39,324 nt of DNA from Deltaproteobacteria bacterium (GTDB lineage: Bacteria; Desulfobacterota; Binatia; UBA12015): positions 1 through 39,324 of the forward strand of contig JAYGCM010000083.1 of the NCBI GenBank assembly GCA_046583355.1, given 5' to 3'. The translations under genes were made by a program, and so were the position numbers. This document shows positions 9,358 through 18,126 of this stretch, in pieces (the stretch's first letter is position 1; the number at the start of each line of letters is the position of its first letter). Below the pieces are notes generated by a model. It worked only from the letters and a program-made list of their open reading frames with translations, was not told where the DNA came from and ran no database searches.

Positions 9358-9867
9358 ATGGCGGAGCGGTGCGTTTATCTGGTGCGGCACGGGATTGCGG
9401 AGGACTGTAGTTCTAGTGGCGAAGATTTTGACCGGGAGTTGACGCGGCGCGGGGTTACGCAGATGGAGACAGTGGCGCGGGGGCTGGCGACGCTTGGGGT
9501 CGAGCCGCGGTGGATTCTCTCCAGTCCCTACCGGCGTGCGCGGCAGACCGCGGATATCCTCTGTGCCACGTTGACCCATGGCGGGCGTAAGACCTGGGAC
9601 GAGCTGGGCTGTGGCGTCGATGAGGATACTCTCGCGGCGCGGCTCGCGAAGCTTTCGCCTGATGGCGATATCCTGCTGGTGGGGCATGAGCCGGATATGG
9701 GCGAGCTTCTCTCCTGGTTTCTCACGGGGCGCGCCGATGTGTTTTCCACGCATTTCAGCAAAGCGGCCGTCGCCTGCATCCGGGCGGGTATGTTGCCGCC
9801 GATGGGCCGCGGTCGGCTCGAATGGTTTGAGCGCGCGTCCGTTCTGGAACGTCTGGCGCTCGCCTGA
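9358..9867 (+). CDS. sixA: Phosphohistidine phosphatase SixA
   Basis: YLVRHG, DFDRELT, SSPYRRARQTA, LVGHEP. Confidence 0.9.
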   Translation: MAERCVYLVRHGIAEDCSSSGEDFDRELTRRGVTQMETVARGLATLGVEPRWILSSPYRRARQTADILCATLTHGGRKTWDELGCGVDEDTLAARLAKLSPDGDILLVGHEPDMGELLSWFLTGRADVFSTHFSKAAVACIRAGMLPPMGRGRLEWFERASVLERLALA

Positions 9868-9907
9868 CTTTTCGGCCGGATCTCATAGAGCATGGCGCCT
9901 GGAATTT

Positions 9908-9952
9908 GCACTCCAAGTGCGGAAATGCGAAATCCGGGGACGCCGCATTTCC
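9908..9952. promoter_or_regulatory. Inverted repeats between sixA and DUF35 (operator and/or hairpin)
   Basis: GCACT-CCA-AGTGC (9908-9920) immediately followed by GGAAATGCG-N14-CGCATTTCC (9921-9952). Confidence 0.4.
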
Positions 9953-10017
9953 TATGTGGCGTGAAGGGCGTGCGCTTTCTGCGCGTCCCATAGCCCAGCA
10001 TAAGGCAGGTGAGGACG

Positions 10018-10446
10018 ATGGCAGAAGAGCAGACGGGACCATTGCCGGTCGTGAAGTTTCTGAAAATCCCCGCGATGGGAGATCCCTATCTCGAAGGACA
10101 TAAATGCAAAAATTGCAGCGCGATTTATCTCGGCGAGCGCAAGGTTTGCGGTAAATGTTCGACGCGCGGCGAGATGGAGGCATTTCCTCTGGCGAAGACG
10201 GGCAAGCTTTACGTCTACTCGATCGTCTATCGCTCGTTTCCCGGCATCGAGACGCCCTATATTTCGGCAATCGTCGACCTCGATGGGGGTGGTACGGTCA
10301 AGGGTAACCTGATCGACGTGGAACCCGACCCAGAGAAGATTGCCTTCGATATGCCGGTGGAGGTCGTCTTCGGCGATGCCTTCGGCCGTAAAGATAAAGA
10401 TGGCAACAGCTATCTCAGCTATTTCTTCAAGCCTCTCGCGGCATAA
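10018..10446 (+). CDS. Zn-ribbon/OB-fold DUF35 family protein (thiolase partner)
   Basis: CKNC...CGKC Zn ribbon, GKLYVYSIV, PYISAIVDL, DMPVEVVF; GAGGA upstream of ATG 10018. Confidence 0.9.
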   Translation: MAEEQTGPLPVVKFLKIPAMGDPYLEGHKCKNCSAIYLGERKVCGKCSTRGEMEAFPLAKTGKLYVYSIVYRSFPGIETPYISAIVDLDGGGTVKGNLIDVEPDPEKIAFDMPVEVVFGDAFGRKDKDGNSYLSYFFKPLAA

Positions 10447-10458
10447 AGGGGAAGCATT

Positions 10459-11598
10459 ATGAGTGACGTCTATATTCTCGGAATTGACATGATCCGCTTC
10501 GGCCGTTTCCCCGATCGGGACGTGGCCGATATCGGTGCAGAGTCGGTGCTTGGCGCCCTCGATGACGCCGGCGTAACCATGCAGGATATCCAGGCAGTCT
10601 GGTCCGGCAACCTCATGCAGGCCAACGCGATGGTCGGCCAGCGCATCTTGCAGGAGATCGGCCAGACGGGAGTGCCGGTGGTGAATTGTGCCAATGCCTG
10701 CGCCACGGGTGCTACCGCCTTTCGCGATGCCTGGCTCTCGGTCAAGGCTGGTGTTTATGACCTCGTCCTCGCGGTCGGCGTAGAGCAGATGGGCCGCGGC
10801 CTTCTTGGTGGCGGCGGCGGTGGTAAGGGCATTTCCAAGGAGGGGTTGCTCGGTTCGGGTACCATGCCGGCGATCTTCGCCGAGGCGGGCATGGAGCACG
10901 CGCGCAAATACGGCACCACCTTCGAGCAATTTGCCAAGGTCTCGGTCAAGAACCACCACCATTCCACGATGAACCCCAAGGCGATGTACCAGATCGAGAC
11001 GCCGCTCGACGTCGTGATGGGTGCCGAGATGATCTCGTATCCCAACACCAAGCTCATGTGTTCGGTGAACGTCGACGGGTCGGCGGCGGTGGTCATCGCC
11101 TCGGAGAAAAAGGCAAAGGAACTCGGCCTTGGTCGCGCCGTGAAGGTGCGCGCCTCGGTGATGACCAGCGACCCTTATACCGACCGCGATCTGACGATGC
11201 CGGATGTGAATACCTGCACGCGCAATGCGGCGGCAGCAGCTTGGGAGATGGCCGGCTGTGGCCCCGAGGATATCAACCTCGTCGAATTGCATGATTGCTT
11301 CGCAACCGCTGAAATCTTGCATTATGAGAACCTCGGCCTCTGCAAGGACGGCGAGGCCGGACGCTTGATTGACGAAGGCGTGACGGCGCATGGGGGCCGC
11401 GTTCCGGTCAATATGTCTGGTGGACTCCTCTCGAAGGGCCACCCGCTCGGTGCGACCGGGATTGCGAATATCTACGAAGTCTCGACGCATTTGCGCGGCG
11501 AGGCCGGCAAACGCCAAGTCGAGGGTGCGCGCATGGGGCTGACCCATGTGATCGGTCTCGGCTCAGCCTGCGCCATCCACGTTCTCGAAAAAGTCTGA
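10459..11598 (+). CDS. SCP2/SCP-x-type thiolase (lipid-transfer protein family)
   Basis: NACATG, ELHDCF, NMSGGLLSKGHPLGATG; adjacent to DUF35. Confidence 0.92.
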   Translation: MSDVYILGIDMIRFGRFPDRDVADIGAESVLGALDDAGVTMQDIQAVWSGNLMQANAMVGQRILQEIGQTGVPVVNCANACATGATAFRDAWLSVKAGVYDLVLAVGVEQMGRGLLGGGGGGKGISKEGLLGSGTMPAIFAEAGMEHARKYGTTFEQFAKVSVKNHHHSTMNPKAMYQIETPLDVVMGAEMISYPNTKLMCSVNVDGSAAVVIASEKKAKELGLGRAVKVRASVMTSDPYTDRDLTMPDVNTCTRNAAAAAWEMAGCGPEDINLVELHDCFATAEILHYENLGLCKDGEAGRLIDEGVTAHGGRVPVNMSGGLLSKGHPLGATGIANIYEVSTHLRGEAGKRQVEGARMGLTHVIGLGSACAIHVLEKV

Positions 11599-11611
11599 GG
11601 CGAAGATTGCT

Positions 11612-11645
11612 GCTGCGGATCGTGCCGTTTGGGCCGGTCCGCAGC
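11612..11645. terminator. Hairpin between convergent genes (possible terminator)
   Basis: GCTGCGGATC...GGTCCGCAGC inverted repeat; no U-tract. Confidence 0.45.
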
Positions 11646-11650
11646 GCGCC

Positions 11651-13774
11651 TTAGCCGTGCAGTGCTTTGGCGACGCTCGGATCGAGGAGAGAGAGGGCGA
11701 GAGCGGGGAGCAGGCGGACGCGCTCACAGGCCGCTTCAATGCCCGCGAGGCCTTCGGCCGAGAGATCTTCGCGGCGGATGATCGGGCTGGGCGTGACGTT
11801 CGCGTGGTTGTCGCTGTCGGCGCTGCGGATCATCCAGCCGAGGAAGAGGCCGTGCAATTCGGTGATCTCGTCGCTGATATTACGCGCGAGAACCTCGCGG
11901 TTGGCGGCTTCGGCAAGGCGCGAGGGAGTGGTGAGTTTCTCGATGCCATTGGCGATGGCGAGGACGCGGGCGACGCCGGCCACTACTGTCTCGCCCTCGG
12001 CTTCGAGGTCGATCGTGGAGGGGTTGGCGGCCGGCGGTTCGGCGGCGCGCAGCAGGGTGGCCAGGAGCGCCGGTGAGGCTGCCGCACTTTGGCGGGATTT
12101 GCGGATAAGATCCTGGCCGAGGTCTTCGTCGCCGACCACCAGGCGCGCATCGAAGAAGGACCCGATGCCCTTGGGGTGGGGCAATGTATCGCCCTGGGCC
12201 CAGGCCTCGATTACGTCGAGCCATCGGGCATAGCTGCGGCGCCACGTGGAATGTCGGGCGCCCAGCGACGGGTGGATATCGGGGACACCCATTTCGTCAA
12301 GTATATCCGAGAGGTGACGGGCAAGCTGCTCGAACCAGCCATCGATGTGGCTTTCGTTGGAACTGCCTTCGTAGACGATCGCATGATGGCGCTCCGGCGC
12401 GATCAGCCCTTCGCCGCGTCCTCCGGCACCGAGCGAGAGTACGGCCCAGGGTACGGGCGCATGTTCGAGTCCTTCGGCGGTCATCCGTTGCTCGGCGAAG
12501 CGGGCGGCGCGGGCCAGCACTTCGCGCATCTCCAAGTCGACCACGGCGGTTGTCTCCTGCGGGTCGACGCCGTCTTCGACCAGTCGCCGGATCAGGGCCG
12601 GCAGGCGTTTGCGGACCTCGCCGACACCGCGCGGCGTTGCCGCCGCGGCCAGGTTCTCGCCGATGGCAACGGCTTCGGTGCCGGGGTCGGCGAGAAGGTC
12701 CATTTGTTGCAATAATCCGCAGGCGCGTCCGGCCGCATCGACGGCGAGAAGCCGCCTTACGCCGAGCGAGCGCATCTTGGCGACGGCACGGTAGAGGAAG
12801 GCATCGGTGGAAATCGTTGCCACCGGCGCGGTCATGATCTCTTCGAGGCGTCGGTCCAGCGAGGCCGCACCGTCGCGCGCGAGCAGGGAGAGCACATCGC
12901 GTTCGGTCACGATCCCATCGGGGCGGCCGCTTGCCTGGTCACCGGCGATGGCGGCGCCGAGGTGGGATGCGTCCATTTCCTTGATTGCCTCAATGAGGGT
13001 CGTTCGCGGAAGCAGCAGGTGCAGATTGGTCGACATCGCGTCCTGCACGCGGTGGCGGTAGAGGAAGCGGTCGAGCCGGGCCAAGGGCTCCCGGTCCCGC
13101 CCGTTCTTCCAGGGGTCGGGCGGCGGCAGGGCCGTGCGGTCGTACCAGCCCTCGTCGGCTTGCCGGCTGCGGATGCGCATCTGCCCGCCCATGCGGGCCT
13201 CGGCCTCGGCAATCGTAAGGATGCCGGCGGCTTCGAGTTCCGGCAGGAGGTGGCGGAAGATCTCGGCGGTCATCAGAGCATCGCCGAGTGCCTCGTGGCG
13301 GTTCGTGATGGGAATCTGGTAGCGCGCCGCGAGCGCATCCAGCGTGGACTCGGAGTCGTCGCCATCGAGAGCGGCACGCAAAAGCTTGGTGTCGAGGCAG
13401 CGCGGCGGGCGCCACGTGATGCCCGTCTGCCGCATCTCGCGGACAAGAATGGCGAGATCGAATCCAATGCTCTGACCGATGATGGCATCGTCGCCGAGCC
13501 ATTGGAGAAAATCGTCGCGGACTTTGGCGAAGGTGGGCTCGCCGACCAGCATCGCGTCGGTGATCCCGTGGATCGCGGTGGCGGCCTCGGCAATTGGCTG
13601 CTCCGGGTCGATGCGCACGGAGAAGGTATCGTCGGGGTTGGCTTTGCCGCCGGCAAAGCGCACGGCGCCGATTTGGATCAGTCGGTCCTGCCCGACATCG
13701 AGTCCGGTGGTCTCGGTGTCGAGAACGATGGCTCGGATCTCTCCAAGCGGGGTAAGTCGGCTGACGCGCGGCAT
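11651..13774 (-). CDS. DnaQ-like 3'-5' exonuclease + tandem CBS + DUF294/DUF294_C nucleotidyltransferase-like fusion
   Basis: LDTETTGLD, GFD, RHEALGDA (DEDDh); GIVTERDVL CBS pair; WAVLSLGAGGRGE and FFDARLVVGD (DUF294). Start reassigned to ATG 13774 to avoid overlap with the divergent gene. Confidence 0.85.
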   Translation of the reverse strand: MPRVSRLTPLGEIRAIVLDTETTGLDVGQDRLIQIGAVRFAGGKANPDDTFSVRIDPEQPIAEAATAIHGITDAMLVGEPTFAKVRDDFLQWLGDDAIIGQSIGFDLAILVREMRQTGITWRPPRCLDTKLLRAALDGDDSESTLDALAARYQIPITNRHEALGDALMTAEIFRHLLPELEAAGILTIAEAEARMGGQMRIRSRQADEGWYDRTALPPPDPWKNGRDREPLARLDRFLYRHRVQDAMSTNLHLLLPRTTLIEAIKEMDASHLGAAIAGDQASGRPDGIVTERDVLSLLARDGAASLDRRLEEIMTAPVATISTDAFLYRAVAKMRSLGVRRLLAVDAAGRACGLLQQMDLLADPGTEAVAIGENLAAAATPRGVGEVRKRLPALIRRLVEDGVDPQETTAVVDLEMREVLARAARFAEQRMTAEGLEHAPVPWAVLSLGAGGRGEGLIAPERHHAIVYEGSSNESHIDGWFEQLARHLSDILDEMGVPDIHPSLGARHSTWRRSYARWLDVIEAWAQGDTLPHPKGIGSFFDARLVVGDEDLGQDLIRKSRQSAAASPALLATLLRAAEPPAANPSTIDLEAEGETVVAGVARVLAIANGIEKLTTPSRLAEAANREVLARNISDEITELHGLFLGWMIRSADSDNHANVTPSPIIRREDLSAEGLAGIEAACERVRLLPALALSLLDPSVAKALHG

Positions 13775-13835
13775 AGCTGGCAATAGTTGCTTCCCGATCT
13801 TGCCTTGTCCGGGGCAAATTTGCGAGAAGAGAACG

Positions 13836-14540
13836 ATGGCGCGGGATTGGTGGAAACGGTTGCCGCCCGATGAGCGGGCGGAATACCAGCGCAGCGAAGG
13901 CATGGGCGAGGTCGATCTGGCCCCGCATCCGGGTTTCGTGCGGGTAATTGACGCGCTGGTGCAAGCTCTCGACGACGAAAATCGCGAGAAGGTGCAGCGT
14001 GTCTCCAACGCGCTGGCGCGGGAGATCGCTGCGGGGCTGCACATGCGCCGCGCGATGGTGCGCGTGGCGGCCGGTCGCCCGCACGACCAGGGCGGCGAAT
14101 TGCACGGCCTCTATGAGCCGGCCGAGGCGGGCGGCCTGGCCCATATCACCGTGTGGATGCGCACAGCGAAGCGCGATATGGTGGTGGCGCCGCGGACCTT
14201 CTTGCGCACATTGCTGCACGAGGTGGTGCACCATATCGATATGGAGCGCCTCGACCTGCCGAACTCCTTTCATTCAAAAGGTTTCTACCGGCGCGAATCG
14301 AGTCTCTACCGCGTAGTGACGCGCGACACGGGACTGGCCCGTGGCGGGCGGGCGGCCGCGGCCACCCGCCCGCCACCGCCGCCGGTCCGGGATCCGGCAG
14401 CACCGCCTTCGCAGGCGGCTGTCGACGGGCTGGCGATGCTCCGCGCCGTCGCCGAGGAGATCCGCACACGGCGCGGGAGTGATGTCGCCGGCCCCTCCGA
14501 GTTGTCCGCGGGCGATGCGCCTGGCAGGTTCAAGCCCTGA
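13836..14540 (+). CDS. Hypothetical zincin/SprT-like metalloprotein
   Basis: ELHGLY, ITVWMRTA, TLLHEVVHHID...SFHSKGFY (HExxH plus downstream His); Pro/Ala-rich tail; start ATG 13836. Confidence 0.7.
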   Translation: MARDWWKRLPPDERAEYQRSEGMGEVDLAPHPGFVRVIDALVQALDDENREKVQRVSNALAREIAAGLHMRRAMVRVAAGRPHDQGGELHGLYEPAEAGGLAHITVWMRTAKRDMVVAPRTFLRTLLHEVVHHIDMERLDLPNSFHSKGFYRRESSLYRVVTRDTGLARGGRAAAATRPPPPPVRDPAAPPSQAAVDGLAMLRAVAEEIRTRRGSDVAGPSELSAGDAPGRFKP

Positions 14541-14654
14541 GCGGAGTGTCGCTGGCGTCGGTCGCCACGGCGATGCGCTTCTTGGGAGGCGCGCAGGCGA
14601 TTGCTCTGTCCCGCGCCTTGGCCGCGAGTCGAAAAGGCGGCCTTGGTCCGGACG

Positions 14655-14682
14655 GTGCACTTTTCCGCCGAACCTCTAGAAA
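14655..14682 (+). promoter_or_regulatory. Candidate leaderless promoter GTGCAC-N16-TAGAAA, 6 nt before the CoA-transferase ATG
   Basis: GTGCAC ttttccgccgaacctc TAGAAA ctcaac ATG(14689); no SD. Confidence 0.65.
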
Positions 14683-14688
14683 CTCAAC

Positions 14689-17001
14689 ATGGCTCTCTCC
14701 GGTATCCGCGTACTCGACCTAACGGGTCGAGCCGGGCGATTTGCCGGACGGCTTCTGGCGGGGCTGGGCGCTGAGGTCCTGCGTCCGGCCGAGGCGGTCG
14801 CGGCGACCCAGCGCGCGCTCGGCGCGGCCGGGCGGCTCTATTATGAGGCGGGGAAATCTCCGTTGGAAGGCGCGGCCTCGGACGGTTGGGAGGGGTTGCT
14901 CGACACCGTGGATGTGCTGCTCGACGAGACGCTGGCGCCGGGGCGGGCCGAAGCGCTTGCGCGGCGCCACCCGCATCTGGTCGTTTTGCGCCTTACGGAT
15001 TTCGGCACCAGTGGCCCCAGGCGCGATTGGGTCGGGTCGGATCTGGTCTGCGCGGCGCGTGCGGGCATGGTCTTCGTCAACGGCCACCCGGAGAGTGCGC
15101 CGCTCCAGCCCTTCGGCACACAGGCCTATCATGCGACTGGTATCTGGAGCGTGATCGCCGTGCTGCATGCGCTAAGGGTGCGGCGCGGCACGGGGAAGGG
15201 CCTCTGGCTCGACCTCTCGGTCCACGCCGCCGCGGCCGGTGCGGTCGAGCATGTGACGGGTTTGCGGCGCCAGGGACGCGAGATTCAGCGTCGCCAGGGG
15301 ACTCTGCATTGGAGCCGGGTGTTTCGCGCCGGGCCGACCCGTGACGGTTGGATCCTCCATACTCTGGCCGGCGATTGGCAGACGCTCTCGCTTTGGGTGG
15401 ATGATGAGTCCGACCAGCCTGAGCTCTTGGACAGTGCGCTTGACGAGGTCGATACTCGCCGCGAGCGCTGCGTAGAACTATTCGATTGTCTTGATCGCTG
15501 GGGCGCCACGAAGAGCGCGGCCAGGATCGAGGAAGAGGGCCAACTGCGTCGCCTGACGTTTGCTGAGATGCGCCCGCCCGAGCGTCTCGCCCGCGACCCG
15601 CAACTGGCGGCGCGGGGCTGGCCCGGTGGCCGCAGCGAGGGCTCTGTCCTGCCCGGGCCGCCGTTTCTCTTCTCGCAGACTCCCTTCGATGCCTCCCCGC
15701 AGCTGCGCGCCCCGGTTTTGCGCAAGCCGGTCAGCGCCGGGAGCTCCGGCACGGAGACCAGCTACGCGCGCCCGTCGGCGACTCCCGCGCCGCGAGCCGA
15801 AACGCCTGCGCGTTTGCGGATTCTTGATTTCACCTGGGTCGTGGCCGGGCCGGTGGCGACGCGGATCTTCGCCGATCTGGGCGCCGATATCATCAAGGTG
15901 GAGCACCCGCTCTCGCCCGATTTCGGCAGCCGGCGCGGCGGTCTCAGTGGTAACCTGAACCGGGGCAAGCGCAGCTTGGTGCTCGATATGGACAAGCCCG
16001 AGGCGCTCGCTATCGCGCGCCGCCTGGTCGCTGAATCTGATGTTGTGATTGATAATTTCTCGGCCCGCGTGATGCAGAATTGGGGCCTCGATTACGAGAG
16101 CCTGCGCGCGATCAAGCCCGATATTGTGCAGGTTCGGCTCTCGGGATTCGGGCTCGACGGGCCCGAGAAGGACCGCGTGAGCTACGGGCCGACTCTTCAG
16201 GCAATGGCCGGGCTCGCGCATCTGATGAAACATGCCGACGGTCCGCCCGCGGGTTGGGGCTACTCCTGGTCCGATATGGTGGGCGGCCTGATGGGCGCGG
16301 TCGCTACCTTTGCCGCGCTGCACCACCGCGACCGCACGGGCGAAGGCCAGCTGGTGGACGTCGGCCAATACGGCAACCTCGTGAGTCTCCTCGGGCCGGG
16401 CCTCGGCGACCTTCTCGCCGGTCGCCCGGTCGCGCCGCCGGCCAATACGAGCCAGGAGGGCGGCGCTGTACCGCATGGGGTTTTCCGCACAGCCGATGAA
16501 GCCCGCGCCGACGGGGGGGCAAAAGACCGCTGGATCGCCATCGCGGTTCTGCAGGATGCGGCGTGGGCCGCTTTTGCTGCCGTGCTGGCTGCCGACGGCC
16601 AGAGCTGGGCCGAGCAGGAGAAATTCGCCACTTTGGCCGGAAGATGCGCGGCCCGAACGGAGCTCGAGGCTGGTGTGCAGAGGTGGACCCGAGGCCAGGC
16701 GGCGGCGGCTGTCGAGGCGCGTCTGCAGGCCGTCGGGGTGCCGGCCGGGCTGGTGGCTGACGGCGACGATCTTGCCGAGGATGCACAGCTGCTCGAAAGG
16801 GGCTATTTCCCCCGAGTGAGAACGCCCGAGGGCGAAGAGGAGGTCTTTGACGGCATCCCCTTCCTCGCGAGCGAATCGGGCGGGGAAATCCGAGCACCAG
16901 GGCCGCTGCGCGGCGAGCATGGTAGCCAGATCTTGCAGGAAGTATTGAAAATGAGCGCGACGGAAATCGATGCATTGCGCGCCGAGGGGGTGATCGCTTG
17001 A
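14689..17001 (+). CDS. Family III CoA transferase (CaiB/BaiF), two-domain BbsE/BbsF-like fusion
   Basis: Two repeats: LSGIRVLDLT...LGAEV and RILDFTWVVAGP...LGADIIKVE...NRGKRS...DVVIDNFS. Confidence 0.9.
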   Translation: MALSGIRVLDLTGRAGRFAGRLLAGLGAEVLRPAEAVAATQRALGAAGRLYYEAGKSPLEGAASDGWEGLLDTVDVLLDETLAPGRAEALARRHPHLVVLRLTDFGTSGPRRDWVGSDLVCAARAGMVFVNGHPESAPLQPFGTQAYHATGIWSVIAVLHALRVRRGTGKGLWLDLSVHAAAAGAVEHVTGLRRQGREIQRRQGTLHWSRVFRAGPTRDGWILHTLAGDWQTLSLWVDDESDQPELLDSALDEVDTRRERCVELFDCLDRWGATKSAARIEEEGQLRRLTFAEMRPPERLARDPQLAARGWPGGRSEGSVLPGPPFLFSQTPFDASPQLRAPVLRKPVSAGSSGTETSYARPSATPAPRAETPARLRILDFTWVVAGPVATRIFADLGADIIKVEHPLSPDFGSRRGGLSGNLNRGKRSLVLDMDKPEALAIARRLVAESDVVIDNFSARVMQNWGLDYESLRAIKPDIVQVRLSGFGLDGPEKDRVSYGPTLQAMAGLAHLMKHADGPPAGWGYSWSDMVGGLMGAVATFAALHHRDRTGEGQLVDVGQYGNLVSLLGPGLGDLLAGRPVAPPANTSQEGGAVPHGVFRTADEARADGGAKDRWIAIAVLQDAAWAAFAAVLAADGQSWAEQEKFATLAGRCAARTELEAGVQRWTRGQAAAAVEARLQAVGVPAGLVADGDDLAEDAQLLERGYFPRVRTPEGEEEVFDGIPFLASESGGEIRAPGPLRGEHGSQILQEVLKMSATEIDALRAEGVIA

Positions 17002-18101
17002 GCGAAAAGGTGACGAGTTACGCCGATGCCGGTGTTGATGTGGGGGCTCTCGAAGGGGGGCTGGGGAAACTCGTGGCGCGTCTTGCCGAGACGACGACGT
17101 TCCCGCGCAAGGGCAAACCGGTGTTGCCGAATGGGCTTTTTGCCAATGTTCTCGACCTCGGTACGGGGCAAGGGCTGGCGATCGGCACTGATGGAGTAGG
17201 GACCAAGCTGCTGGTCGCGCATGCGCTGCGGAAATACGATACCGTCGGCATCGACCTGATCGCGATGAACGTGAACGATCTGCTCTGCGTCGGCGCGGAG
17301 CCGATCGCCATGGTCGATTACGTTGCCGTGCCCGACTCGGACCCGGACCTCCTCGAGCAGATCGCGATCGGCTTGGTCGAAGGCTCGCGCCAGTCGCGGA
17401 TCAGCATTCCCGGCGGCGAGATCGCGCAGGTCCGCGAACTGCTTGCGACCCATCCGCCTGACGGTCGCGCAGGCTGCGACCTGGTCGGCACGGCCGTCGG
17501 TATCGTGCCGATGGACCGCATCATTGTCGGGGAACATGTCGAACCCGGCGATATCGTCATCGGGCTGCCCTCTTCGGGGTTGCATTCGAATGGCTTCACC
17601 TTGGCGCGCAAGGTGCTCGCGACGGGCTACGGGGCAGAGGATTTTGCCGAACGCCCGGCCGAGCTGGGCGGCCGCAGCATCGGCGAAGAGTTGCTCGTGC
17701 CGACGGCGCTCTACGTCAAGCCGACAATGGCGCTCCTCGATGCCGGTGTCGGCGTCAAGGCTATGGCGCATATCACGGGCGACGGCTTGCTGAACCTCTT
17801 GCGTATCCAGACCAAGGGCATCGGCTTCGTGCTGGAGAACCTGCACGAGGTGCCGGCCGTCATGGGCCTTATTGCCGAACGTGGCGGGCTCACGCCAGCC
17901 GAGATGTACCTCACTTTCAATATGGGTACCGGATTCACCTATGTGATTGGCGAGGCCGAGGCCGATCGCGCCCTCGAATTGCTGCGCGAGGCCGGCGCGG
18001 CACCCTTGGTGCTTGGTCGCGCCGTGCGCGATGATAAGGGCGGCGTCTCGCTGCCGCAGAAACACCTGGTCGGAGTGGGCAAGGAGTTTCGCGAGGTCTA
18101 G
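16998..18101 (+). CDS. purM: Phosphoribosylformylglycinamidine cyclo-ligase (AIR synthetase)
   Basis: SYADAGVD, GTDGVGTK, AMNVNDLLCVGAEP, SSGLHSNGF, AHITGDG, TFNMGTG. Confidence 0.9.
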   Translation: MSEKVTSYADAGVDVGALEGGLGKLVARLAETTTFPRKGKPVLPNGLFANVLDLGTGQGLAIGTDGVGTKLLVAHALRKYDTVGIDLIAMNVNDLLCVGAEPIAMVDYVAVPDSDPDLLEQIAIGLVEGSRQSRISIPGGEIAQVRELLATHPPDGRAGCDLVGTAVGIVPMDRIIVGEHVEPGDIVIGLPSSGLHSNGFTLARKVLATGYGAEDFAERPAELGGRSIGEELLVPTALYVKPTMALLDAGVGVKAMAHITGDGLLNLLRIQTKGIGFVLENLHEVPAVMGLIAERGGLTPAEMYLTFNMGTGFTYVIGEAEADRALELLREAGAAPLVLGRAVRDDKGGVSLPQKHLVGVGKEFREV

Positions 18102-18126
18102 CGGCTGCTGAGCGACGGGAGAGAAT

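Noticed and set aside
9906..9933. Fifth copy of the TTGCAC promoter motif
   Set aside because: Lacks the T-tract and the TA at +16, and is not adjacent to a start codon.
13479..14044. Overlap between the 797-aa and 353-aa ORFs
   Set aside because: Resolved by downstream starts at 13774 (-) and 13836 (+); the extensions are not protein-like.
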